Of a stretch of 41,152 nucleotides of DNA, positions 1 to 10,862 are shown in pieces (position 1 is the first letter of the stretch; each line of letters starts with the position of its first letter). Under the pieces are notes generated by a model, which searched no databases, was not told the DNA's origin, and saw nothing but the letters and a program-made list of their open reading frames with translations. Made by a program: the position numbers and the translations under genes. Origin of the DNA: Coniocarpon cinnabarinum (taxonomy: Eukaryota); contig JAVECO010000195.1 in the NCBI GenBank assembly GCA_051942205.1, positions 1 to 41,152 of the forward strand, given 5' to 3'.

Positions 1-2250
1 CTATCTAATTTATAAATATATTTTTATAAACATATTTTTTTACTTTATTTCACTATATAGACTAAGTTTTAAAGCTAAAAAAATAATAATTTTTTACTAC
101 TATAAATATAAAAAAATACTCTTTTAGAATATAAAGTAGAAAAAATTAAAGACTTAAAATATTATTATAAAAAGCTTTAATATTTTATAAAATAGACTAG
201 TTAAAATAAATTAATATAGAAATTATTTAAGAATCTAAAAAATAGATAAAAATTAGTAAATAAATACTATAAAATATTTTCTTAATAAGTAAAACTAAAA
301 TATTAAATTAAGTTAATTAAATATATTCTTTATATTATAGTTATAAATCTTAAAAAAAAAATAAAAATTAGAACTACTTAATAATAATTAAAATAATTAC
401 TAGTTTAAAAAAGAAGTAATATAAAAATTATATCTTAAAACTTATAAGTATATAGTATATTATATAACTATTAACTATCTACTAACTACTATACTATTTA
501 GTATATATTACTATATATAATAATTATTACTAATGTCTTATTAGACTAAGTTAATACTTTAAATATAAAATTAAAAGCCTTATAATAAAGATATAAAGTA
601 CTAATTACTAAGTAGAAACTAATAAAGTTTATACTTTACTTTTATTTTTTAATTACTAAATAAAAATAAAGGTATAACTACTAAGTAATACTAAAAAAAT
701 AAAAAATAGATAAAAAAATATATACTTAAGAATTTCTAAATATTATAGAATAGTTTTTTTTTTCTTATTTTATATATAAAGTCTTATACTTAGAATACTA
801 TAAACCTAAACCTTTAACGTTAATACTATTCTTATTATTATTCTTGTTTTTATTCTTATTACTAACAACTCTTACTAAACCTAAACCTAGATTCTTATAA
901 ATAATAATAAATAAATAAGATAAGAGCTATTATAGTATACTAGTTACTATTAGTATTAACTTTAAGTCTAGATAAGGTATATATACTAGATAAAGTATAT
1001 AAATACTATCTACCCTATTAGTAGTAATAATAATAGTACTAGTAGATACTACTAAAACTTTATATTTTTTTTATAGTAGAGGTCTATAAGCCTAATAGTA
1101 TTAAAATTATAAAATTTTTAGTAATAGTTATATTATTATTAAGGTTATCTAAGGTTAGATTATTGTATTATTTTCTATTTTAAATTATAATTACTTTTAA
1201 TTATAAAATAAGTAGAAGAATAATTATAGAGTAGGGTCTAGAGTTATTAAAGCTATTATTAGAGGTTAGTATTATTTTATATAGACATTAATAAGGCTAG
1301 GCTTATTCTAGAAAAAATAAAACTTAGTATATATATTATATAGTATATATTTTAAATATAGTAATATTACTATAAAATTTAGTAGTAAGTTAGAGTATCT
1401 ATATTAAGAGTTATATATAGTACTTAAATAAAAAGTAGATAAAATAGATACTAGTAGAGCTTTTTATTAGTAGTACCTATCTAATAAAAGTCTTACCTAT
1501 CTAATTACTAATATATTACTAATATAAAAATATTCTTAAGTATATAAAACTCTATATCTTTAGACGTAGATTATAGGCCTTATATATACGCTATATATAA
1601 TAAAGCTTATACTAAAATAGTCTATTTTTTTACCTCTATAAGAATATAAAGCTATTATTTAGTACTAGCGTACTAGCTAAAGCTAGCGCTATTTAAAAAT
1701 AAAGCGATTAAAAAACTAGTACTAATATACTAGCTTTAGCTAGTATACTAGTACTAAAAAAGTAAATTTATATTTAAATAAAGCTAAAAAATATAGACTA
1801 TTTTAGTATAAGCTTTACTATATATAGTATATATATAAGGCCTATAATCTATATCTAAAGATATAGAGTTTTATATATTAAAAATATTTATAAGAATTTA
1901 ATTATTTAGTAATATATTAGTAGTTAGATAAGTATAATTTTTATTAGATAGGTACTACTAATAAAAAGTCGTAATCTAAAGATCTTAATATTTATAAAAA
2001 CTTCTCTAAATTCTTATTAAAAGATATATTTTATTATATAATATATAAAATACTTAAATATACTCTTCTTTAGCTTACTTATATATAATAGTTTAATATT
2101 ATATAGTAAAATAAAAAAGTTAAGACTTATAGCTACTTCTTATAATTTAAATAATACTATTTTTAATATACTTAGATATTATTAAAATAGAAAAGTTAGT
2201 TTTTAAAAAATATACTAAAAATTTAATTATCTTGCTAAGACTACTATTAG
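1..2250. mobile_element. Heavily RIP-mutated transposon relic(s) / AT-rich isochore
   Basis: Extremely AT-rich, with a strong TpA excess (tag, cta, taa, tata) and near absence of CpA/TpG. No ORFs. Abrupt switch to balanced GC at ~2255. The original family is unrecognisable. Confidence 0.9.
1460..1968. repeat. Long inverted repeat / fold-back (MITE-like) element, RIP-mutated
   Basis: CTTTTTATTAGTAGTACCTATCTAATAAAA at 1460 is the reverse complement of TTTTATTAGATAGGTACTACTAATAAAAAG ending at 1968. Complementarity continues inward for ~230 bp (arms ~1460-1686 and ~1730-1968). Confidence 0.85.
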
Positions 2251-2532
2251 CTCTTAGGCCCGTGGGGCGAGACCTTCCGTATACGGAAATTATGGTCTAT
2301 ACCACCCACGGGCCTGAGTAGACTAAGGCTATGGGCTCCCATAGTCCGCATAGATCGGCTTTTGCACACACTCAAGGTTGCCAGAACCTCTCACCTCGTC
2401 GTCGTCACATGCACGCCCATCAGTGGCGTATCTGCCTGTCCCCGCTCCAAGGCGAACTGGAATGCGTCTAATGACGGTTTATAATGGAAAATTAGAGAGC
2501 ACCTGCTCCGGGACTGGCTACACTTGACAGTC

Positions 2533-4666
2533 ATGTCAACTTTTGACGGCTTTGTTGCCGGTGAGTCTATAATGCGGCAACCTTGGCTGAATGGCAATGA
2601 CCAAGCACCGCTCAGAGATTCCACAAATCCGGGTAGACAATTTTAGGCCACGCCCTGATCGTCCCCCACCACTGGCATGCTTCCTTTCTCATGTGCACAG
2701 TGATCACTTGGCTGGCCTCGAATCATTCAAAGGCCCCTTCATCTACTGTTCTCCAGCAACGCGGGAGATGTTGTTGCAACTGGAAAAATATCCTCATCGC
2801 ATGAATCTTGCCAAAGGCGTGACGTAGGTATCTCGTGGTTCGGCCTGTTGGCTTCACAGCACTCATGTATTAATTGACAACATCAGGGAAGTGCGGAAGC
2901 ATACTTATAAACACCTTGGCAAGCTCCTAAAGCCAATTCCATTGGAGACGCCTACTTGTGTGGAGATGGCACCTGACAACGCTGTCACTGTCACAACATT
3001 CGACGCAAACGTCAGTTGTACACGGTATCACTGCACTCGAAACACTACAATGCTGAAACGCAATAAATAGCACTGTCTTGGTGCAGTCATGTTTCTTTTC
3101 GAGTACCGCGAACGCCATGTACTGTACACAGGCGACTTCCGCGCCGAAGGTTCGTTGCATTTAGAATCCTTGCATTTGACTGCCATTGTCGATCCTGAAT
3201 CTTCATTAGAGTGGTTCGTTAACGCGCTCGTGCGACACCCTTCAATGTTGCCCTTTGTCCTCGACATGGGTGGCAGGCGCCTAGACTGTATATATCTAGA
3301 CACATCATGTCTCGCAACCCACGCCCCGTTTGCAAGCTTACCGTCTAAGGCTGATGGCCTGGCAGAACTTATGCGAAAGCTATCTTTATTTCCGAGTGGC
3401 TCACGTTTCTACTTTCATGCCTGGACGTTTGGGTATGAGGATGTCATGCGTCTCCTGGCAAACGTGCTTGGGTCCAAACTTCATCTTGATCGATATCGAT
3501 ATTGCGTGTACACATCTTTAGCAGGATGCAGTCCCTACCACGGCGCTCTTTGCCACCCAGCATCAGGAGGCCTTGTCCTGAGCGGTTTTGCGGTTGGTAA
3601 CGAAAGGCAAGAAGGTATCTTGACCCAGGACGACAGCGTTCGCTTGCACTGCTGTGAGCCAGGCTCAGAATGTTGGGCTGCTGACCTCCAGACGGACTAC
3701 GAAGTAGTGCACATCAAGCCGATCTTGACGCATTGTCAAGGTAAAAAAATCCCCGAGAGTGTGTTTGGGGAAGAGCTCAAAGACCTGGAGAACACAACTG
3801 TCACCACAAATCTTACTGCAATGTGCCAGAAGACGATTACGGACAAGCAAGAGACCAACAATAACCCAGGGTATCTGCCAACATTTGAAAGACGAAACGG
3901 TCACGCGACGTGTCTCAAGTTGAACAACATTCTTGATTCTAGCAGTAATGGAGCAGGAGTTAATATCGCGCAGTGCCGCGCGCAGCCCCTTCAGGATCGA
4001 GCACAAGACCTTCAGTGTCGGAAGATTGAACCTGCATGCCAGCGTCAAAGCCGACTGCCACCAACAATTACGTTTCCATACGCTAGACATTCCTCCTACG
4101 AGGAGTTGCGCCTGCTCGTTGCGCGATTTCGGCCGCGTGACGTGTATCCTTGCACGACGCCCAGAAGGGACCGCCTAAAACACTTCCGATCGATGGGTGT
4201 GCTGTTTGGGAGCGTGTGTCACCGTGAAGAAGATGTCGGCGTCCAAATCTTCCGCTGGGATCGGGAAAATGCAGACGTGAATGGGGGCGACATAGCTCGT
4301 GATGCGCACAGCCAAGGTTCTAGTTGTGCCGAAGGCGCTCCGGTTCGCCCAAGCGAACTTATTTCAAGCCGTCGTGGCGCGCAGAGCGCGGGCAGCGGGG
4401 ATTGCATCGCTTTGTTGCCAACGTTGAGATCGCGTTGTCCTGTTGCGGCGCATTTGGCATATCCTCGACCGCAAAGTTCAAACGTGGTTAAACAGGGTAC
4501 CTCATCCCACGAGCTAGGCGAAATGATTTCTCATCCTGAGTGCTCCCTACCAACCTTACTGAAGACCAGACGGCGTGCCTATGAGGCTGTAAATGCAGGC
4601 TGCTGGGCAAAGGTATTGCTCGAGACCACCAGGGCAAAGCGCCAAAAAATGGACATTCAGCTATAG
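2533..4666 (+). CDS. DCLRE1C: Artemis/SNM1C-like metallo-beta-lactamase (beta-CASP) DNA repair nuclease
   Basis: Spliced model: MSTFDGFVA|EIPQIRVDNF..HVHSDH..YCS..FDAN|HCLGAVMF..YTGDFR..YLDTS..YARHSS. Introns 2561-2615, 2824-2886 and 3011-3070 restore the frame. A probable in-frame intron lies at 3150-3209. Confidence 0.85.
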
Positions 4667-4798
4667 CGTCTATGCTTCATGATTGCGATATCATTGCCTT
4701 CCACTGGAGAATTTCAGATCGATGCTGAGCAACTTCTGCAAGGTCAAGCTACTCTTCGCCATGCGTAGGAAATTTAGTCAACGCGTCGTAGGCTGTCC

Positions 4799-5653
4799 TT
4801 ACCTAAGCCCTTTACCCAACATCCTCTTCGCCTTTGCAGCCCCGCTTCTCAGGCCTCCTTTCATAGCCTCATCGTCCACCTCCATCACCTCGGTTCCACG
4901 TCCTCCAGGTTCCTTTCGCTTTGCTCTCAGCTTCTGACCACTTTCCCTGTCAGCCTCCAAGTCAGCCTCGTCGGCTTCTGCTTCTCTGTCGAAGGCGATC
5001 TTCCGCGCCTTCGCAAGTCTTTCACGTCTGCGGGCACCACTGCGTACATTTCGCATCTGCGCCTCGATGTCGTCTAGGGCGGCATCGCATTGTGTTGCCC
5101 AATTAGAAAGCATCAAAGTCAGTCGCGGAGCACAGCCAGGGGCGAGATCGCGAAGTGGTGCAACGGAAGTGACGGCCACGCGCTTATGTAAGGGGTCGAG
5201 GTGACCGGTGATTAGTCCGGAGGACAGGGTTGAGGTCAGGAGCTGCTCCAGATCAACTTGCCGCTCAAGGTCTAAATGCTGCTGTAAAAAGCTATAGCTC
5301 AAGGTGTCTGTAATCTTCAAGGAATTGGGCTGAATGGGGATGCCCAGAAGGCTGACCAGGCTCAATTGTTTGAGCTTTTGTGTCTGCGACGCGTTGAGTG
5401 TCGGCAAGTAGGGGGCCGACTGATATTCCTTCCAAGTACCCCAAGCGAAAGTCTCTAAGAGAGCCATGTCGGAGGCATGCTCACTGTCACGTAGAGCCTG
5501 AATGCTCGGTGCTTGCATAAGCTCCGCAAAGACAAACGTCTGGCTGTCGGAAGTAGCCTGAGATACTAACTCAGCAGCGGAGGAAGCAGTTCGAGCATTC
5601 TTGGACAATATCAGGTACGGCTCCAGGCTATTGAGAGCCCGTTGTTGTTCCAT
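4799..5653 (-). CDS. CSN7: COP9 signalosome subunit 7 (PCI domain)
   Basis: MEQQRALNSLEPY..ATS..TFVFAEL..LLETFAWGT..KLKQLSL..GHLDP..VTSVAPLRD, typical of CSN7/AcoB. The ATG is at 5653; the ORF track's TTG start lies in a predicted 5'-UTR intron. Confidence 0.88.
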   Translation of the reverse strand: MEQQRALNSLEPYLILSKNARTASSAAELVSQATSDSQTFVFAELMQAPSIQALRDSEHASDMALLETFAWGTWKEYQSAPYLPTLNASQTQKLKQLSLVSLLGIPIQPNSLKITDTLSYSFLQQHLDLERQVDLEQLLTSTLSSGLITGHLDPLHKRVAVTSVAPLRDLAPGCAPRLTLMLSNWATQCDAALDDIEAQMRNVRSGARRRERLAKARKIAFDREAEADEADLEADRESGQKLRAKRKEPGGRGTEVMEVDDEAMKGGLRSGAAKAKRMLGKGLR

Positions 5654-5748
5654 GGTGTGAGAGGATCCGCAACTACACGATAAGAGAAAATATGTCAAGT
5701 TGGCAACCGGCTTCAGCGAAAGGTGAGTGCAACAAGCAGTCAAACAAT

Positions 5749-5764
5749 GTTAGGGTTAGGGTTA
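5749..5764 (+). repeat. Short interstitial telomeric repeat G(TTAGGG)2TTA
   Basis: GTTAGGGTTAGGGTTA read directly in the CSN7/STB6 divergent intergenic region. Confidence 0.8.
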
Positions 5765-6215
5765 CACACCTACCTGATCTAAGATACTCGATTCACGCGA
5801 AAGACTAAAAGACAATTTAAAATTAACTCTCTAGACAAAGAGTCAAAGCAGCAGCTCATAAAACCGATCACGGGCGTCGTAGCTGCAATATAAGCGGAGA
5901 CTACTGGCCTGTCTGCACGGTCACGTTTCTAATTCACGTGCAGCCAGCATACGGCTGGTATGACTTGATTATTCGTGAACAAGAACGAGGTTGTGGCTTT
6001 GATGGGTGACCCGCTGCGTCACATTTCCTCGAATTGACTTTCTGTTGATAGCGGACGAGGGTTGAGCTCGAATGCTCTTGGCAAGCCGGGTTCTGACCGG
6101 TAAACGCCTGTACAACTTAGCAGAAACATCCATCACACGTGACCCGCGTTCTCAGCTTCTCGCTTCCGCAAAAATTCGATAGTCACAATCAACTCTGTCG
6201 AAGTCTCGCAAGCCG

Positions 6216-8963
6216 ATGATGAGAGCTATACATCGCGAGAGTCTCGATGATCGAGAAATTTGTGGGTCTTCAGACTCAATACGACATCAAAGATTTGTGC
6301 TGGCAGATCCAGTAGCATTCAGCTACCTCGAAGAGGACCCCAGCGTAGTCATTTTGGAACGGAGCCGTTACTTGGAAGGCTACCAATGCTACGTCGTGGA
6401 GCAGTGGGCTTGTTCCCGCTCGCACCCAACATTTGTCGTCATTGCTTATACCGGAGACAATTTCAATAAGATCAAAGTCGGGGTTCTTAGCGTGCCTGCG
6501 GATGAGAGTTCCTGGTCACCACGACTGAAGGTTTATTTCCGCACTCTGGCACAATCCCATGCACGCCGGCGAGAAACGACATTAGGGACGGTTCTTGTGA
6601 CCAATTTGAGTGGCTTTCCGTCTTCTCTGACGCTCATTGGCGTGCCGGACGGTGACGTACGGAAACATCGTGAGGACTTCGTGGTCAACGAAGACTTAAA
6701 GCGGTTAGGTTGCTCAGGCAGAATGGTCATCTCAATAGCTCCGCCCACGCCTGCTGCGGAGGGCAAATTTCACCAGCTGTACCGTACTAGCGAGAAAATT
6801 GATCTGTACAAGTCTGTGATTGAACTCGTCAAGTTATGCCAAGCAGGCCTCATGCTCTTCGACGTGCTGAGACCTGAGTATGCCGACGGTCTGCTCTGTG
6901 ATATCACTGAGAAGGCTGTCAACGACTGGTGGACAGAATTTGGGTATGACCTGTACAAGGTGGATCCCAGTGACGGCATACTTGGACCTACCACCGTTGC
7001 TGCCCTCATTGGGACTTTGATAGGTGCCCGGAATCGACTGCATGCTCTTGGCGCTCCAGTTTCGAAGGACGTCTTCGATATTGAAGCAACGAAGCGAGGC
7101 ATTGGACACTTCCAGAGGACTCAGAATTTGCGCAAAACGCGCAGACTCGATCGACAAACGCTTGAAAGCTTGCATCAAACTACTGCCAAGCACATGTCAA
7201 CCGAAGGCTGGTTGGTCCCCAGAGCAGTCAAATCAACGGTTGCTGAGCTAAGCGGCAAGGGCGGCGAGATGGTGATGGACATGGTGGGAAGAGAACGCGC
7301 GACACTTGCGGAGATTGAAACAACCGATATCGAACAGTTCGCTCAGCTTGTTAGAGGTGAGCGAGCAAGATGGTTGTGGCAAGGCAGAGCGAGAAAGCGG
7401 ACGACCCGTGATCTTTTTGACGAGCATCCAGGCCAAGTAACGGGTAAAATTGATGAGGATCTCGGAATTGCACCTCCTTCAAGCGTCCCAAAGCAGCAGC
7501 AACATCAGCCATCAACGACGGTACCAACGCCCGCCGATGGGCAGACCTCAGCAACCCAAGCACGCTTGCCTACTGTTGGCTTTGCAGATCCTCAGAAAAC
7601 TGTAATACATCGCGCCAAGGGCCGCATTCGAGGAGCTGCGTTGAGCGGGAAAAAGGAATCTAGTCCTAGGATCGTTGAAGAATTAGCTCATGCTACTATA
7701 GCTGATCCTAGCTATGAAAGCTTCAACAGTGCAAGAAGCGAGATGCTCAATGAGGGAGCTTCTAGGGGGGAAAGGCTGGATGACTATCGGGAAGAGAACG
7801 ATCAGGCATATGCTTCGACGCAGAGGCAGTTGAAGCGTAAAGACACTAGAACGGTTCAGAATCCACAGAGAAAAGAAGGCATGCGAGCAAAGTCATCAAC
7901 TGACTCGGAGATGCGCACCAGCGATCAAGAACGAGCACATAGCATTGACGTCAGCCAAATTGATCGACAAGCAGCAGTTGCAGTGGAGGCTGAAATCTCA
8001 ACGGCAGCTGGTGATGCCCACAGACCGGAAGCAGAGGAACTCTCCCCTGATCGCCGCCCAGCTCAACATGTGGGTCCTCTTCTGCACCGAACAGAGAGTT
8101 ATTCCAGGTTTGAGGAGGGGAACATCGAAATGCGCAACCAATCGTGGTGGCCTCGCCACATATCTTTCAGTAGCATCGAAGAGACTGTGCTGATGCCTGC
8201 AAGTCATAGTTCAGACGAAGACGATGACAATCGAAATGAACTGCATCAAACAGCTCAGTCAAGGAGGGAGCAATACGAGGAGCAAACGTCTCCGAGGATA
8301 GACCACAGACAGTACGAATTGAAAACTTCGCCTCGAAAAGCCATGGAAAGAGAGTATCTTACAGCAGCGCAACAACGGGCCTCTAGGAGCGCTTTGGCTC
8401 GAATTGGGCGTACGTGTGGTTCTTGGCTGCTGACACGGGTGAACGGTGTGGTCGTGCTTGATTCAATTGCAACACAAGACGCAGAACAGATGGCCCAGCT
8501 CTATGCTTCGCGAAAACAAGAGCAACGCGCCCTCGGTGCTGACTCGCAGGAAGTCCTGAGAGAGGAGAAATCACGGTTGGGAGACTCAGTGCGAGATTTG
8601 GAGACTTTGTGTCAGCGTGTGGACTACGAGATGTCGGCATTGCGCAGCAAAGTGGAGGAAGTGGAAAATAGCGTAAGCGATTTTGAAAGGCAAGTAATAT
8701 TTGTCGAGGATCGAGTCAAAGAGCTCGTTAAGAGCAATGAAAGCGGCATGAATGAGCGACAAGATGTGAGAAAACAAAACACTACACACGAACATTGGTT
8801 CTCTTGGTCGAAATTCACATTGCTCAGGTGGACGCCACAACGAAGTTTGACAACAGTAGCCTCTGAGACAATGAGAGCAAGTGAAATTAGAGTCAATGCT
8901 GCCGCAGATGAAGCAGTGCACTCGAGCCCACTGGCCAAAAGCCCAGGGGACGATGAGCTGTGA
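6216..8963 (+). CDS. STB6: STB6/STB2-like Sin3-binding protein family, C-terminal coiled coil
   Basis: 915 aa intronless ORF with FVLADPVAF-YLEED, GYQCYVVEQWACSR, TNLSGFPSSL, NEDLKRLGCSGR and DGILGPTTVAAL motifs. Confidence 0.8.
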   Translation: MMRAIHRESLDDREICGSSDSIRHQRFVLADPVAFSYLEEDPSVVILERSRYLEGYQCYVVEQWACSRSHPTFVVIAYTGDNFNKIKVGVLSVPADESSWSPRLKVYFRTLAQSHARRRETTLGTVLVTNLSGFPSSLTLIGVPDGDVRKHREDFVVNEDLKRLGCSGRMVISIAPPTPAAEGKFHQLYRTSEKIDLYKSVIELVKLCQAGLMLFDVLRPEYADGLLCDITEKAVNDWWTEFGYDLYKVDPSDGILGPTTVAALIGTLIGARNRLHALGAPVSKDVFDIEATKRGIGHFQRTQNLRKTRRLDRQTLESLHQTTAKHMSTEGWLVPRAVKSTVAELSGKGGEMVMDMVGRERATLAEIETTDIEQFAQLVRGERARWLWQGRARKRTTRDLFDEHPGQVTGKIDEDLGIAPPSSVPKQQQHQPSTTVPTPADGQTSATQARLPTVGFADPQKTVIHRAKGRIRGAALSGKKESSPRIVEELAHATIADPSYESFNSARSEMLNEGASRGERLDDYREENDQAYASTQRQLKRKDTRTVQNPQRKEGMRAKSSTDSEMRTSDQERAHSIDVSQIDRQAAVAVEAEISTAAGDAHRPEAEELSPDRRPAQHVGPLLHRTESYSRFEEGNIEMRNQSWWPRHISFSSIEETVLMPASHSSDEDDDNRNELHQTAQSRREQYEEQTSPRIDHRQYELKTSPRKAMEREYLTAAQQRASRSALARIGRTCGSWLLTRVNGVVVLDSIATQDAEQMAQLYASRKQEQRALGADSQEVLREEKSRLGDSVRDLETLCQRVDYEMSALRSKVEEVENSVSDFERQVIFVEDRVKELVKSNESGMNERQDVRKQNTTHEHWFSWSKFTLLRWTPQRSLTTVASETMRASEIRVNAAADEAVHSSPLAKSPGDDEL

Positions 8964-9203
8964 TCGCGCGTACGGACTTGATAGTTGTCTGCACAATCGT
9001 GCTTCGCTTGCGAGGCATGTGTATATCCTTAGAACTTTCGCACTCGAAGCTAAATTTTCTTTCATTCTTTAGTCATTCAGTCGCGAAGCTTGGCTCCCCC
9101 AGGATCGCGCGAATGTAATTCATGGAAATATGTGGGACTTCTATGTGTTGATTAGACCTCGAGAATAATGCTTGGAGGTCTTTCCGCTGGACTTGTATCA
9201 CGC

Positions 9204-10487
9204 TCAGTCAGGTTGAAGCTGTCGATTTGGAAAGTCTTTTTCTTCAAGGTTACTCCATTCAGGAGTTTCCTTCAACTTATTCCACATGAACTTCTGCAAT
9301 TTGTTGGCGCTTTTGGAATAAGGCGTGTTCTCCTGATTATACCATCTGCAATTGTTGAAGATCAGCATTGTATCACGCACGAAGTCTTCAGGTTGAGGAT
9401 ATGCGTCTTTTTCAAGCTTTTCCTCCATGGTTGATAGGTCCATTGGCTCTTTAATGACATCGTAGTAGTCGTGCACCTCGTCCTTGTTGACAGGTTGGAG
9501 AAAGGGCCAAGCATGCTGATGATTCTGCATGTCGTTCAACAAATGCAGCAACCCATTATAGTTGGGACCGTGACGGGGCTGCCGCGCCAATTCATCCATA
9601 TCTGGACTCCATCCGGTCTCCTTAATCGCAGGGATGCTCAACGGATCGAGAGGCTCCACCTTACCATTGTGCCATTGCGCAGGTGGCACGTGCACATTGT
9701 AGCTCCTGGTAACGGCTTTGATCTTCGCTTGGACCGTTTCCTTTTGCTTGAGAAGCATGCGACCCGACTCCAGGTACCGTATTCTAGGCAACATAGAACA
9801 TTGCATGATAGTCCCTCCCTCGTAATCTTTAATATAGCCCATCCATCTCGGCTTATCAAGTGTGATTTCTTTGGTGAACCCTTGCTTTTTGAAGTAGCCG
9901 ATAGCGTAGTTGTCGGCGTATGTGAGAAAATGCATTACGTCGCTTGTCGCACGTACGTAGTCCTTAAGATGGCTCATGAGATGTGCACCATAGCCCTTGA
10001 CCTGTTGCTCGCTGCTTATTGCACAAAAAACAATCTCCGCAAATTGTCGCCCTCTGAATGGTCGGTACGTGATCCCTCCGACTACCTCCAAGGGCTTCTT
10101 CACGATGGCCATTGAGAGGTGGGTGCGGTCGTAGACTAGACGTGCAATATAATCTTTAGGCATCTTGGGCAACTGTTTCTGGAAAATGCATTTCAATCCG
10201 GTCAAAATCATGAAAGACTCCCGCGAGTTGTCGTTGTTGACAACTCGAAACTCAATTTCTCCGTCGCGTTCTTCCAAGACCGCCGGTTTCTCTGGGAAGG
10301 GAATGATGTGAAATGGCTTCGAAGTATTGGCTAAATGAATTGTGTCCGAGGTGGCGGCTGTCCTGGCCCTCTTGCTAGGCGACGCTTCCTCATCATCGCT
10401 GTCGGCTTTACGTTTCGCTGAAGTTTTGTCAGCGGCGGCTCAACGGTCTGAGGTTGCGAGCAGTGTACCATCATCCTTCGCCGCCAT
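9204..10487 (-). CDS. GCN5: Histone acetyltransferase Gcn5 (GNAT domain + bromodomain)
   Basis: [40 protein letters not shown], and bromodomain [19 protein letters not shown]. Exon 1 is 10487-10469. Intron 10468-10418 (GTACAC..GCTGAC..CAG) gives [22 protein letters not shown]. Confidence 0.97.
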
Positions 10488-10862
10488 GGGTTCCCATGCG
10501 CACCATAGTCGAGGGCGACTCGAGGGTGCAACGCGCCAGGTTGAAGTTTCACAGGGGCACAGACCGGCGCACAGGCGATAAAAAGACAACAACTCTAGAT
10601 AGACCCGGTCGAAAGCATCGAAATCAGAAAAGCACCTTGTAGCGTAAAGTTTCAAGGGCTCAGTGAGACGGAAAGCACTTTTCCCAAACGGGCGTAGTGT
10701 GACACGTGCCGCTCGTGAGGTAAATGCACATTCACAACTCACCTCCTGCGCATGAGAAGACCGTGGCAGACAGCCCCTTCAGCTGACGCATGGACTCATA
10801 CGAATGAATTACAAAGCAGGTAGAGGAAAATATTCTAGAGGTGATCTGAGCCACGCTTTCGC

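Noticed and set aside
1..2250. Mitochondrial insertion, centromere or CRISPR-like array
   Set aside because: The CpA/TpG loss with TpA gain is characteristic of RIP. There is no repeat-spacer periodicity or mitochondrial gene remnant, and centromere status cannot be judged from sequence alone.
2253..2346. Hammerhead ribozyme, tRNA or 5S rRNA
   Set aside because: No CUGANGA/GAAA core arrangement, cloverleaf or 5S signature on either strand.
5749..5764. Telomerase RNA template
   Set aside because: The intergenic space is only ~560 nt, whereas filamentous-ascomycete telomerase RNAs are much longer. No supporting structure was seen.
5771..5805. TPP riboswitch-like ACCTGATCT
   Set aside because: Lacks the upstream CTGAGA and downstream AGCG..GGGA elements. 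Better explained as the reverse strand of a splice donor.
9471..10115. 214 aa antisense ORF, and similar ORFs over UPF1, RCF2 and the CBM gene
   Set aside because: Shadow ORFs opposite conserved genes in GC-rich codon space, with no motifs.
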